Source: Candidatus Pelagibacter ubique HTCC1062 (lineage in GTDB: Bacteria; Pseudomonadota; Alphaproteobacteria; Pelagibacterales; Pelagibacteraceae). Taken from it: 32,000 nt of DNA. Position numbers and translations under genes: made by a program. This document shows, one piece after another, positions 16,276-24,996 of the stretch (the first letter of the stretch is position 1; every line of letters starts with the position of its first letter). Below the pieces are notes generated by a model that worked only from the letters and a program-made list of their open reading frames with translations, did not search any database and was not told the DNA's origin. Location of the stretch: assembly GCF_000012345.1 (NCBI RefSeq), contig NC_007205.1, positions 480,001 through 512,000 on the forward strand, given 5' to 3'.

Positions 16276-18457
16276 ATTTCTTTAATAATCGATTTAGATG
16301 TAATAACGGTTCTGTGTAACCCGAAGGTTGCTCTTTACCTTTAAAGATTAAATCACAAGCTGTCTTAAAAGCAATTGATTGCTCAAAATTTTCAGACATC
16401 ATTTCGTAGCTTCCTCTTCCGGAGCGAGTATAGGCACCATCATTTTTATTTTGATCATCAACAATTTTTGCCATTTTTTTCATTACTTCCATAACTTGTG
16501 ATTTTGTACAAATATCGTGATGTATCCAATTAGCTATATGTTGAGAAGAAATTCTTAAAGTGGCTCTATCCTCCATCAAACCAACATTATTAATATCAGG
16601 TACCTTTGAACAGCCAACTCCATGATCTATCCATCTGACGACATACCCTAAAAGAGTTTGTGCAGAATTGGAAATTTCGGAGTTAATTTCTTCCATTGAC
16701 CAGTTTGGTCTGTCTGCTACAGGAATTGTTAACAAATCATCCAGTTTTGCAGATTCTCTTTTTTGAATTTCTTTCTGTTTCTCAAAAATATTTATTTCAT
16801 GATAATGAAGAGCATGAAGAGCTGCCGCTGTAGGTGAGGGAACCCAAGCACAATTTGCACCAGCATTTAGATGGCTAGTTTTTTGTTCCATCATCTCTTT
16901 CATTTTGTCCGGCATAGCCCACATTCCTTTGCCAATTTGAGCCTTACCAGAAAGACCACATTGAAGACCTATGTCTACATTGTTATTTTCATATGCCCCA
17001 ATCCATTTAGAAGATTTCATATCTCCTTTTTTAATCATAGGACCAGCTTCCATTGAAGTATGCATTTCATCACCAGTACGATCTAAAAAACCAGTATTAA
17101 TAAAAAATACTCTATTTTGAAGTGTTCTAATACACTCTTTTAAATTAGATGAGGTTCTTCTCTCTTCATCCATAATTCCAATTTTACAAGTGTATTTTTC
17201 CAATCCTAAAACTTCTTCAACTTTAGTAAAAATTAAATCAGTAAATGAGGTTTCATCAGGACCATGCATTTTTGGTTTAACAATATAAATAGAACCAGTT
17301 CTAGAATTACCTTTTTTTTTAATATCATGAAGGCAAGCTGCTGAAGTTATAAAGGCATCCATAATACCTTCTGGTATTTCAGAACCATCTTTTAAAGTGA
17401 TTGCTGAGTTAGTCATAAGGTGTCCAACATTCCTTACCAATAATAAACTTCTTCCATGTAGCTTTAATCCTTTTCCATCTTTAGAAATATAACTTCTGTC
17501 GGGATTTAATTTACGCTCATAAGTCTTTCCATTTTTTTCAAAAGTTGATTTCAAATCACCTTTCATAAGTCCAAGCCAATTACGATAACAAATAACTTTG
17601 TCATCAGCATCTACTGCAGCAACACTATCTTCATTATCACAAATAGTTGAAACTGCAGCTTCAACAATAATATCACTAATTTTAGCAGGATCTTGTTGAG
17701 CGCTAAAAGCATTTGGGTCTATAATTATTTCTATATGAAGATTATTATTTTTTAAAATTATTGCTGATGGATCATTGGCCTCTCCTCTATGACCAATATA
17801 TTTATCTTTATTTTTTAAAGATGATTTATTACTATCTTTTAATACTGTTAAAGAGCCATTATCAATTTTAAAGGCTGTAATATTATGCCATTCAAAATTT
17901 TCTAGAGGAAAATATTTTTCTAAAAAGTCTCTTCCATATTTTATAACCATTTCTCCTCTTAAAGGATCGTATCTTTGAGTGGGACTATCCTCAGATTGAT
18001 CGATTACATCTGTACCATATAAACTGTCATATAAACTCATCCATCTAGCATTAGCTGCATTCAGTGCATACCTTTCATTCATGATTGGAACTACTAATTG
18101 AGGTCCAGCAATACTAGTTATTTCTTCATCAACATTATTTGTTTTGATCTTAAAATCAGGGCCTACTTCTTTTAAATAATCAATTTCTTTTAAAAATTTT
18201 TTATACTCCTCTAGATTGATTTCATTTCCTTTATTTGCAATATGCCAATCGTCTATTTTTTTTTGTAAATCTTCTCTTATTTTTAATAGCTCTTTATTTT
18301 TTGGGGCTAGCTCATGAACTACTTGGTCGAAGCCTTCCCAGAATTTTTCAGAAGAAATATTTGTATCTTTAAGCAGCTCTTCATTAACGAAGTTAAGCAA
18401 TTTATTAGAAACTGATAGATTGTGTATTTTTGTATATTGTTCTTTCATAGCACCCAT
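16262..18457 (-). CDS. glcB: malate synthase G
   Basis: 731 aa, the length and sequence typical of MSG (for example GLMEDRATLRISSQHIANW and NCAWVPSPTAA). An alternative start exists at 18448 (fourth codon). Confidence 0.93.
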   Translation of the reverse strand: MGAMKEQYTKIHNLSVSNKLLNFVNEELLKDTNISSEKFWEGFDQVVHELAPKNKELLKIREDLQKKIDDWHIANKGNEINLEEYKKFLKEIDYLKEVGPDFKIKTNNVDEEITSIAGPQLVVPIMNERYALNAANARWMSLYDSLYGTDVIDQSEDSPTQRYDPLRGEMVIKYGRDFLEKYFPLENFEWHNITAFKIDNGSLTVLKDSNKSSLKNKDKYIGHRGEANDPSAIILKNNNLHIEIIIDPNAFSAQQDPAKISDIIVEAAVSTICDNEDSVAAVDADDKVICYRNWLGLMKGDLKSTFEKNGKTYERKLNPDRSYISKDGKGLKLHGRSLLLVRNVGHLMTNSAITLKDGSEIPEGIMDAFITSAACLHDIKKKGNSRTGSIYIVKPKMHGPDETSFTDLIFTKVEEVLGLEKYTCKIGIMDEERRTSSNLKECIRTLQNRVFFINTGFLDRTGDEMHTSMEAGPMIKKGDMKSSKWIGAYENNNVDIGLQCGLSGKAQIGKGMWAMPDKMKEMMEQKTSHLNAGANCAWVPSPTAAALHALHYHEINIFEKQKEIQKRESAKLDDLLTIPVADRPNWSMEEINSEISNSAQTLLGYVVRWIDHGVGCSKVPDINNVGLMEDRATLRISSQHIANWIHHDICTKSQVMEVMKKMAKIVDDQNKNDGAYTRSGRGSYEMMSENFEQSIAFKTACDLIFKGKEQPSGYTEPLLHLNRLLKKSSQN

Positions 18458-18460
18458 TTT

Positions 18461-18610
18461 ACCCCATCTGTATTTTTGCCTGAGAGTTTTGCTCCATCGG
18501 CGAGATAAATCTCTTTCCAGAGTGTTATGTTTGTTATCGGTCCATTTGCCTGAGAGTTTCCGGGGTGGTTGCTCCTTCGGCGCTATTATTTAATAGTCTC
18601 TCCCGATATC
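18461..18610 (-). promoter_or_regulatory. tandem glycine riboswitch (two aptamers) in the glcB leader
   Basis: The minus-strand RNA gives aptamer 1 as AUCGGGAGAG..CGCCGAAGGAGCAA..CUCUCAGGCAAAUGGACCGAU. Aptamer 2 is CUCUGGAAAGAG..CGCCGAUGGAGCAA..CUCUCAGGCAAAAAUACAGA. Both match the glycine riboswitch core (GGAGAG / CCGAAGGxGCAA / CUCAGGCAAAAGGAC). Confidence 0.9.
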
Positions 18611-18615
18611 AATTA

Positions 18616-18643
18616 AGAGTACCTTTTAATAGAATTATGTCAA
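18616..18643 (-). promoter_or_regulatory. candidate sigma70 promoter for the riboswitch-glcB transcript
   Basis: On the minus strand the -35 is TTGACA (18643..18638), followed by a 16-nt spacer and a -10 TACTCT (18621..18616). The predicted start, near 18609, falls at the 5' end of aptamer 1. Confidence 0.45.
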
Positions 18644-18706
18644 ATATAAATTATTTAAAACATTTTATTGCCTTTTTTCTTAATTAATTAATAATTAAAC
18701 AATCAT

Positions 18707-19813
18707 ATGAAAAATTATTTAAATTTTGAAACAGATATTAAAAATTTAGAGATAGAAATAGACAAACTTAAAGACCCTTATAATCAAGATGGTCTTTCGG
18801 AAGTAGATACCAAAAAAATATCTGAGTCTCAAAAAGAGATAGATAATAAACTACAAGAGATTTACTCTAACTTAGACCCCTGGCAAACTACTCTAGTTGC
18901 AAGACATGAAGATAGACCTAAAGCAAAATTTTTTATTGATAATTTATTTGAGGATTTTATCCCACTGTCAGGTGATAGATATTATGGAGAAGACAAATCC
19001 GTATTAGCAGGATTTGCAAAATTTGATGAAAAATCTGTCTTAGTTATTGGTCAAGAAAAAGGGGACAGCCTTGAAAGTAGAATTGAAAGAAATTTTGGAA
19101 TGATGAGACCTGAAGGTTACAGAAAAACAATTAGATTAATGAAATTAGCAAATAAATTTAACATTCCGATAATTTCTTTTATAGACACACCCGGAGCTTA
19201 CCCTGGTGTAGGGGCGGAAGAAAGAGGTCAAGCAGAGGCAATTGCAAAATCAATTGAGTGTTGTATGTCTTTAAACGTCCCAACTCTTGCGATTGTTATT
19301 GGAGAAGGTGGATCAGGAGGGGCAATAGCACTTGCTTCATCTAACAAGGTAATCATGTTAGAAAATGCAATTTACTCAGTAATATCTCCAGAGGGCTGTG
19401 CCACCATTTTATGGAGAGACCCTAAAAGAACTTTAGAAGCAGCAAAAGCTATGAAATTGTCTTCAAAAGACCTTTTAGAACTAAAAGTAATTGATGAAAT
19501 TATTCCAGAGCCAATTGGTGGTGCCCACAGAGATAGAGACCTAATATTAGATAACGTAAGAAAATCGATTGAAAAAAATTTGAATGAATTTTTTAACATG
19601 AGTGGAGAAGAAATTTTTAATCATAGAAAAAATAAATTTTTAACTATTGGAAGATCTAAAGGTTTCGTAAATCAAATAGACGATCTAAGTACACTCAGCA
19701 TGAAAGAAAGTAAGGTTAATTTATTTATTAAAAACTTCTTTAAATCAAAGTTAAATTTAGCAGTTTTATTTGGAGTAATAGTTTTATTGGGCTATTTTAT
19801 ATTTTCTTTATAA
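18707..19813 (+). CDS. accA: acetyl-CoA carboxylase carboxyltransferase subunit alpha, with C-terminal extension
   Basis: 368 aa. The AccA core includes FIDTPGAYPGVGAEERGQAEAIA and VIGEGGSGGALA. About 50 extra residues follow the point where AccA normally ends, finishing in the hydrophobic LAVLFGVIVLLGYFIFSL. Confidence 0.9.
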   Translation: MKNYLNFETDIKNLEIEIDKLKDPYNQDGLSEVDTKKISESQKEIDNKLQEIYSNLDPWQTTLVARHEDRPKAKFFIDNLFEDFIPLSGDRYYGEDKSVLAGFAKFDEKSVLVIGQEKGDSLESRIERNFGMMRPEGYRKTIRLMKLANKFNIPIISFIDTPGAYPGVGAEERGQAEAIAKSIECCMSLNVPTLAIVIGEGGSGGAIALASSNKVIMLENAIYSVISPEGCATILWRDPKRTLEAAKAMKLSSKDLLELKVIDEIIPEPIGGAHRDRDLILDNVRKSIEKNLNEFFNMSGEEIFNHRKNKFLTIGRSKGFVNQIDDLSTLSMKESKVNLFIKNFFKSKLNLAVLFGVIVLLGYFIFSL

Positions 19814-22372
19814 GGCCCCACAACAGTTTTTAAACTTTTTACCTGTAGCTTCACATTTCTCATTTCTTGAAATTTTTTCATTTTTTCTTTTTATTAGTAA
19901 ACAATTTGGATCGTTAGATGTTTCTTTTTTTAATGGTCTTGAAATACTTTCACTAGGTTCTTGAACTATTTTTAAATTTATTAAAATTGTAACAAAATCC
20001 ATTTTCAATTTATTCAATAAGTTTTCGAAAAGAAAAAAGGCTTCTTTTTTATACTCAACTAATGGATCTCTTTGACCATAAGATCTTAGGCCAATAACTT
20101 GTCTTAGTTGTTCAAGATATTGAATATGTGACTTCCAGTTTAAATCTATACACTGAAGAAAAATTCTTTTTTCAACTTCTTTTGCTTTTTCTTCATCCAA
20201 CATTTTAATTCTTTCATTTCTTGCTTCTAAAAATTTAGAATTAATTTTATTTTTGAACTCTTCATCTTTTAATTCAGTAACATTTTTAAATTCATTATCA
20301 TCAACACTTTTTCCTAGTAAAGTTTTTAACTGATTATTAAATTCATTATTTTTAGTTGTTGATAGTTTCTGTGTTTTTAAGCTGATTAGATGACTAATAA
20401 TTTCAGATAAGAATTCATCTGAATAATCAAAAACTTTTTCACTATTCATCACGCCATTCCTTTGAGAGAATATTACATGTCTTTGATCATTTAACACGTC
20501 ATCAAATTTTAATAAATTTTTTCTTATATCAAAATTTCTAGCCTCAACTTTTTGTTGTGCCCTTTCAAGTGCTTTATTAATCCAGGGGTGATCAATACTT
20601 TCTCCATCTTTTAAGCCTAATTTTTGAAGAATATTATTCATAGATTCTGAACCAAAAATTCTCATTAAGTCATCTTCTAAACTAACATAAAAAATTGAAC
20701 TTCCTTCATCACCCTGTCTACCAGCTCTTCCTCTGGCTTGGTTATCAACTCTTCTAGATTCCATTCTTTCTGTACCAATAACAAATAGTCCACCGAGTGA
20801 TTTTATTTTATTTTTATTTTCTAAAAGTTCATCATCAGGTTGACTTCCTTTTTTTCCACCTAACTGGATATCAACACCTCTACCCGAGATACTTGTTGTG
20901 ATTATAACTGAATTCATTTTTCCAGCATTTGCAATGATTTCAGCTTCATTTTCATGATTTTTTGCATTTAAAACTACATGTTTAATTTTTTCATCATTTA
21001 GTAATTTTGAATAAATTTCTGATTTATTAATGCTAGAAGTGAAAACTAATATAGGCTGACCTTGCTTGTGACACTCCAGAACTTTTTCAATGATAGCTTT
21101 ATTTTTTTCTTCTTCAGTTCTAAAAATTTGATCATTCCAATCTTTTCTAATCATTTCTTTATTTGTAGGGATGATAACCACAACTAAATTATATATTTCA
21201 TAAAACTCCTGAGATTCAGTTGCTGCAGTTCCAGTACATCCTGAAATTTTATTATAGAGCTTGAAGTAATTTTGATAAGTTATTGATGCTAGAGTTTGAT
21301 TTTCAGCTTGAACATCTATTCTTTCTTTGGCTTCAAGTGCTTGGTGTAAGCCATCTCCAAATCTTCTTCCCTCTAATATTCTACCAGTAAGTTCGTCAAT
21401 AATTTTTAATGTTCCATCTTTAACAATATAATCCTTTCCTTTTTCAAATAGATGATGAGCTCTTAAAGATTGATTTACATGATGAACTAAACTTAAGTTT
21501 TCAGGGTCATAAAAGTTATTATTTTTTAGAATTCCAGCATCAGAGAATATTTTTTCTACATTATTTATTCCCTCATTGGTAAGCAATATATTTCTATCTT
21601 TTTCATCAATCTCATAATGTTCTGGTAATAATCTTTTTATAAGTTTGTCAATCGCAAGATATTGTTCTGTTTTGTCTTCAGCAGCTCCCGATATTACAAG
21701 TGGCGTTCTAGCCTCATCAATTAAACAAGAATCTATTTCATCCACAATAGTATAAACATGTCCTCTTTGAACCATTTGTTCTTTTGAAAATTTCATATTA
21801 TCTCTAAGATAATCAAACCCTAATTCACTATTAGTTGCATATGTAATATCAAAATTATAATTTTTTTTTCTTTCAAGATCATCTTGGTCATTATTTATAA
21901 AACCAAAAGTTAATCCTAAAAATTTATATATCTCCCCCATTTCTTGCGAGTCTCTTTTTGCAAGATAGTCATTTACAGTAACTATATGCACCCCTTCTTC
22001 TGTCAGAGCATTTAAATAAGCAGCTAGACTTATTGTTAAAGTTTTACCTTCACCAGTTCTCATTTCTGCAATTTTGCCCTCGTGAAGCACAACACCTCCA
22101 AGTATTTGAACATCATGATGTCTCTCATTTCTTGTTCTCTTAGAAGCCTCTCTCACAAGTGCAAAAGCTTCAGGCAATAGGGTGTCTAAATTTTCACCAT
22201 TTTTAAGTTTATCTTTCAATTCTGTAGTTTTTTTAGGAAAGTCTTCGTCACTAAGGTTTTTAACAGAAGCTTCTAAGGAGTTAACTTTTACAACTATTTT
22301 GTTAATTCTATCGAGCTCTTTTTGATTGCTAGATTTAATAAACTTTGTGATAAAATTTAAGGGATTAAGCAT
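19808..22372 (-). CDS. secA: preprotein translocase ATPase SecA
   Basis: 854 aa. It has Walker A MRTGEGKTL and the DEAD-like DEIDSCLIDEARTPL. The C-terminal zinc-binding tail is CEATGKKFKNCCG. Confidence 0.95.
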   Translation of the reverse strand: MLNPLNFITKFIKSSNQKELDRINKIVVKVNSLEASVKNLSDEDFPKKTTELKDKLKNGENLDTLLPEAFALVREASKRTRNERHHDVQILGGVVLHEGKIAEMRTGEGKTLTISLAAYLNALTEEGVHIVTVNDYLAKRDSQEMGEIYKFLGLTFGFINNDQDDLERKKNYNFDITYATNSELGFDYLRDNMKFSKEQMVQRGHVYTIVDEIDSCLIDEARTPLVISGAAEDKTEQYLAIDKLIKRLLPEHYEIDEKDRNILLTNEGINNVEKIFSDAGILKNNNFYDPENLSLVHHVNQSLRAHHLFEKGKDYIVKDGTLKIIDELTGRILEGRRFGDGLHQALEAKERIDVQAENQTLASITYQNYFKLYNKISGCTGTAATESQEFYEIYNLVVVIIPTNKEMIRKDWNDQIFRTEEEKNKAIIEKVLECHKQGQPILVFTSSINKSEIYSKLLNDEKIKHVVLNAKNHENEAEIIANAGKMNSVIITTSISGRGVDIQLGGKKGSQPDDELLENKNKIKSLGGLFVIGTERMESRRVDNQARGRAGRQGDEGSSIFYVSLEDDLMRIFGSESMNNILQKLGLKDGESIDHPWINKALERAQQKVEARNFDIRKNLLKFDDVLNDQRHVIFSQRNGVMNSEKVFDYSDEFLSEIISHLISLKTQKLSTTKNNEFNNQLKTLLGKSVDDNEFKNVTELKDEEFKNKINSKFLEARNERIKMLDEEKAKEVEKRIFLQCIDLNWKSHIQYLEQLRQVIGLRSYGQRDPLVEYKKEAFFLFENLLNKLKMDFVTILINLKIVQEPSESISRPLKKETSNDPNCLLIKRKNEKISRNEKCEATGKKFKNCCGAL

Positions 22373-22437
22373 TTAATTTTCTGGTATATAATTAATTATA
22401 ACTTTTAATATAAGTATTAAATAAATATTTTAAACAC

Positions 22438-23739
22438 ATGCCAATAAACGTTAAAAACTTTATAAACTCACTAAATTTAAAGTCAAAAAATAGTGACTTT
22501 CAAGATTTAGAACATCTAGATGGAGTTTCAATATCCACAGTTTGTGCAAATTTATACAGCAAACCCAGGGATGATTTGGTTATGTTTTATTTTAGAGACG
22601 GGGCAAACTATGCATCTGTTTATACACAATCAAAAATAGTTTCAGAGAACATTAAGTGGAATTTAAATATTAAAAGTAAAAAAATAAGCTCTCTAATTAT
22701 TAATACTAGAAATGCTAATGCATTTACAGGATCAGATGGTTACAAAGGTTTAAAAGAAATAGCAGAAGAAGCAGCATTACAATTAACAAAAAAACAAACT
22801 GAAGACGAAGATTTTCCAAAGAAGATATCATCAAATCAAGTACTTTTTGGATGCACAGGGACAATTGGAGAAAAATATCCAACTGAAAAAATTAAAAAGA
22901 ACATTCCAGAATTAATCAAAAAAATTAAATATACACAAAATAAATTTACCTGGATGAAAGCTGCATTAGGCATAATGACAACAGACCTACAGCCAAAAAT
23001 TTCTATGGAGGAATGCAAAATAGGAAATAAAAATGTTAAGATTTATGGGATTGCTAAAGGATCAGGAATGATTTTTCCAAACATGGCGACCACATTAGGT
23101 TATGTTTTTACAGATGCAGATCTTTCAAACGATATTTTAAACAAACTATTAAAGAAAAATATTAATACAACTTTTAATGCAATTAGTTGCGATGGTGACA
23201 CTAGTACTAATGATATGGTTTCTATTTTTTCAACAGGAAAAGTAAAAAACTCAATCATTAATAATATTAATGATAAAAAGATATTTAGTTTTGATAAAGC
23301 CCTACATTCAGTATTATTAAATTTGTCAAAAAGAGTGGTTAAGGATGGTGAAGGAGCTACTAAATTTATTACAATCAATATAGTTAAATCAAAAAGTGAG
23401 AAAGAAGCAAGAGTAATAGCTTTTTCTATTGCGAATTCAAATCTTGTTAAAACAGCCATCGCAGGAGAAGATCCAAATTGGGGTAGAATAATAATGGCCA
23501 TAGGAAAATCTGGAGTGAAAATAGATTTAAAAAAATTAGCAATAAACTTTGGTGGTATTAAGATTATAGAAAAAGGACAAATTTTTAAATATTATAAAGA
23601 AAATGAAGCGACTAACTATATGAAAAGTCAATCAATAGATATTTCAGTAGATTTAAATATGGGATCAAAAAGTTTTACTGCTTACACAATGGATTTAACA
23701 AAAAAATATATTGAGATTAATGCTGATTATAGAAGCTAA
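22438..23739 (+). CDS. argJ: bifunctional ornithine acetyltransferase / N-acetylglutamate synthase
   Basis: 433 aa. The autoprocessing site context is PNMATTLGYVFTDA, and the protein also has DGDTSTND and GEDPNWGRI. Confidence 0.92.
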   Translation: MPINVKNFINSLNLKSKNSDFQDLEHLDGVSISTVCANLYSKPRDDLVMFYFRDGANYASVYTQSKIVSENIKWNLNIKSKKISSLIINTRNANAFTGSDGYKGLKEIAEEAALQLTKKQTEDEDFPKKISSNQVLFGCTGTIGEKYPTEKIKKNIPELIKKIKYTQNKFTWMKAALGIMTTDLQPKISMEECKIGNKNVKIYGIAKGSGMIFPNMATTLGYVFTDADLSNDILNKLLKKNINTTFNAISCDGDTSTNDMVSIFSTGKVKNSIINNINDKKIFSFDKALHSVLLNLSKRVVKDGEGATKFITINIVKSKSEKEARVIAFSIANSNLVKTAIAGEDPNWGRIIMAIGKSGVKIDLKKLAINFGGIKIIEKGQIFKYYKENEATNYMKSQSIDISVDLNMGSKSFTAYTMDLTKKYIEINADYRS

Positions 23740-23780
23740 TTTGATATTGAATTAACTTTATTAACTATTAACTATAAACC

Positions 23781-24212
23781 ATGATCAAATACAAGCTCAT
23801 ATGTAAAGATTGTGAAACTACTTTTGATAGTTGGTTTTCATCGTCCAAGGAATATGAAAAACTTAAAAAGAAAAAATTCTTAAATTGTCATTTTTGTAAT
23901 TCTTTAAATGTTGGAAAGGGCTTGATGTCTCCTAATGTGAGTACTTCAAAAAATATTTTAACAGACATTGATTCATCCAGTGAAAAATATAAAGAAATAA
24001 AAAAAACAATTTATAAATATCAAGAATTTATAAAAAAAAATTTTGAATATGTGGGAGAAAATTTTGCTTATGAGGCAAGGTCTCTACATTATAAAGACAA
24101 AAAAAAAGCCAAAGGTATTTATGGTACCGCAACAAAAAAAGATCTTAACGAATTAAAGGAAGAGGGTATAAAAGCAGAAATACTGCCTTGGATAAAAGAT
24201 ACTACGAACTAA
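23781..24212 (+). CDS. DUF1178-family zinc-ribbon protein
   Basis: 143 aa. The N-terminus MIKYKLICKDCETTFDSWF....CHFCNS has the CxxC...CxxC layout typical of the alphaproteobacterial DUF1178 family. Confidence 0.7.
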   Translation: MIKYKLICKDCETTFDSWFSSSKEYEKLKKKKFLNCHFCNSLNVGKGLMSPNVSTSKNILTDIDSSSEKYKEIKKTIYKYQEFIKKNFEYVGENFAYEARSLHYKDKKKAKGIYGTATKKDLNELKEEGIKAEILPWIKDTTN

Positions 24213-24931
24213 TTTTTTATAAATTTTGTAATATAATTAACAGAAGTATCATTTGTTACTTTCCAGCTATTATCTAATATATTAAAATTCATTCCATCTA
24301 ATTTTTTAAGAGATAGATTGTTTTTTTTACTTATATCTATTAGCTCACTAGGTTTAACAAATTTTTCCCAATCATGTGTTCCAATTGGAAGCCATTTTAA
24401 AATATATTCAGCACCCACTATTGCAAATACATAAGATTTTAATGTTTTGTTAAGGGTTGCGATAAACATTATTCCATTTTTTTTCAATAATTTTGAACTT
24501 TCTTTAATAAAAAAGTCTATATCATTAACATGTTCAACTATTTCCATGTTCAAAATTACATCAAATTTTTTTTTATCTTTTAACATCTCTGGAGATGCAA
24601 CTTTATAGTCAATCTTAAGTTTATTTTTTTTTGCATGAAATTTTGCAACTTCAATATTTTTCTTTGATGCATCAATGCCAACAACACTTGCTCCTAGTCT
24701 GCACATCGGTTCAGATAATAACCCCCCACCACAACCAATATCAAGTAATTTAATATTTTTTAACGGCTTATCAGATGATCTAATTTTAAAATCTTTGATA
24801 ATATTTTCTTTTATATATCTAATTCTTATTGGATTAAAATTATGCAATGGTTTGAATTTACCATTAGGATCCCACCATTCTTCAGCAATTTTGGAAAATT
24901 TCTCAATTTCTTTTTTATTTATTGAATTCAT
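24209..24931 (-). CDS. ubiG: bifunctional 3-demethylubiquinol 3-O-methyltransferase / 2-polyprenyl-6-hydroxyphenol methylase
   Basis: 240 aa. It has EWWDPNGKFKPLH, SAM motif I LLDIGCGGGLLSE and the WLPIGTHDWEKF motif. Confidence 0.9.
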   Translation of the reverse strand: MNSINKKEIEKFSKIAEEWWDPNGKFKPLHNFNPIRIRYIKENIIKDFKIRSSDKPLKNIKLLDIGCGGGLLSEPMCRLGASVVGIDASKKNIEVAKFHAKKNKLKIDYKVASPEMLKDKKKFDVILNMEIVEHVNDIDFFIKESSKLLKKNGIMFIATLNKTLKSYVFAIVGAEYILKWLPIGTHDWEKFVKPSELIDISKKNNLSLKKLDGMNFNILDNSWKVTNDTSVNYITKFIKN

Positions 24932-24996
24932 AATAGATAACTTGTGGACATAACAATTAAGATGTATTTTATCAAATATAAATTACAAAATTATCA

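Noticed and set aside
23100-23501. 133-codon antisense ORF inside argJ, which is long for an AT-rich genome. Similar antisense ORFs occur at 14918..15193 (in dnaX), 24675..24953 (in ubiG), 30011..30280 (in the M23 peptidase gene), and at 3838..4059, 8134..8334, 9319..9559, 16871..17056, 19372..19599 and 28148..28381.
   Set aside because: All are embedded opposite well-supported conserved genes. Their translations are low-complexity and hydrophobic with no recognisable motifs or start context. They look like codon-bias shadow frames.
23752-23773. Three direct TTAACT repeats (23752, 23761, 23768) just upstream of the DUF1178 gene, considered as CtrA half-sites or an iteron-like array.
   Set aside because: The repeat starts are 9 and 7 nt apart, leaving gaps of N5 and N3 between half-sites instead of the N7 of a CtrA box. 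The hexamer is short and AT-rich, so it is most likely chance or part of an ordinary promoter.
24944-24952. DnaA-box-like TGTGGACAT in the ubiG/lysC spacer.
   Set aside because: It has two mismatches to the reverse consensus TGTGNATAA at conserved positions.
24932-24996. Possible lysine riboswitch upstream of lysC.
   Set aside because: The spacer is only 65 bp and almost pure A/T. It is too short and unstructured for an L-box of about 180 nt.
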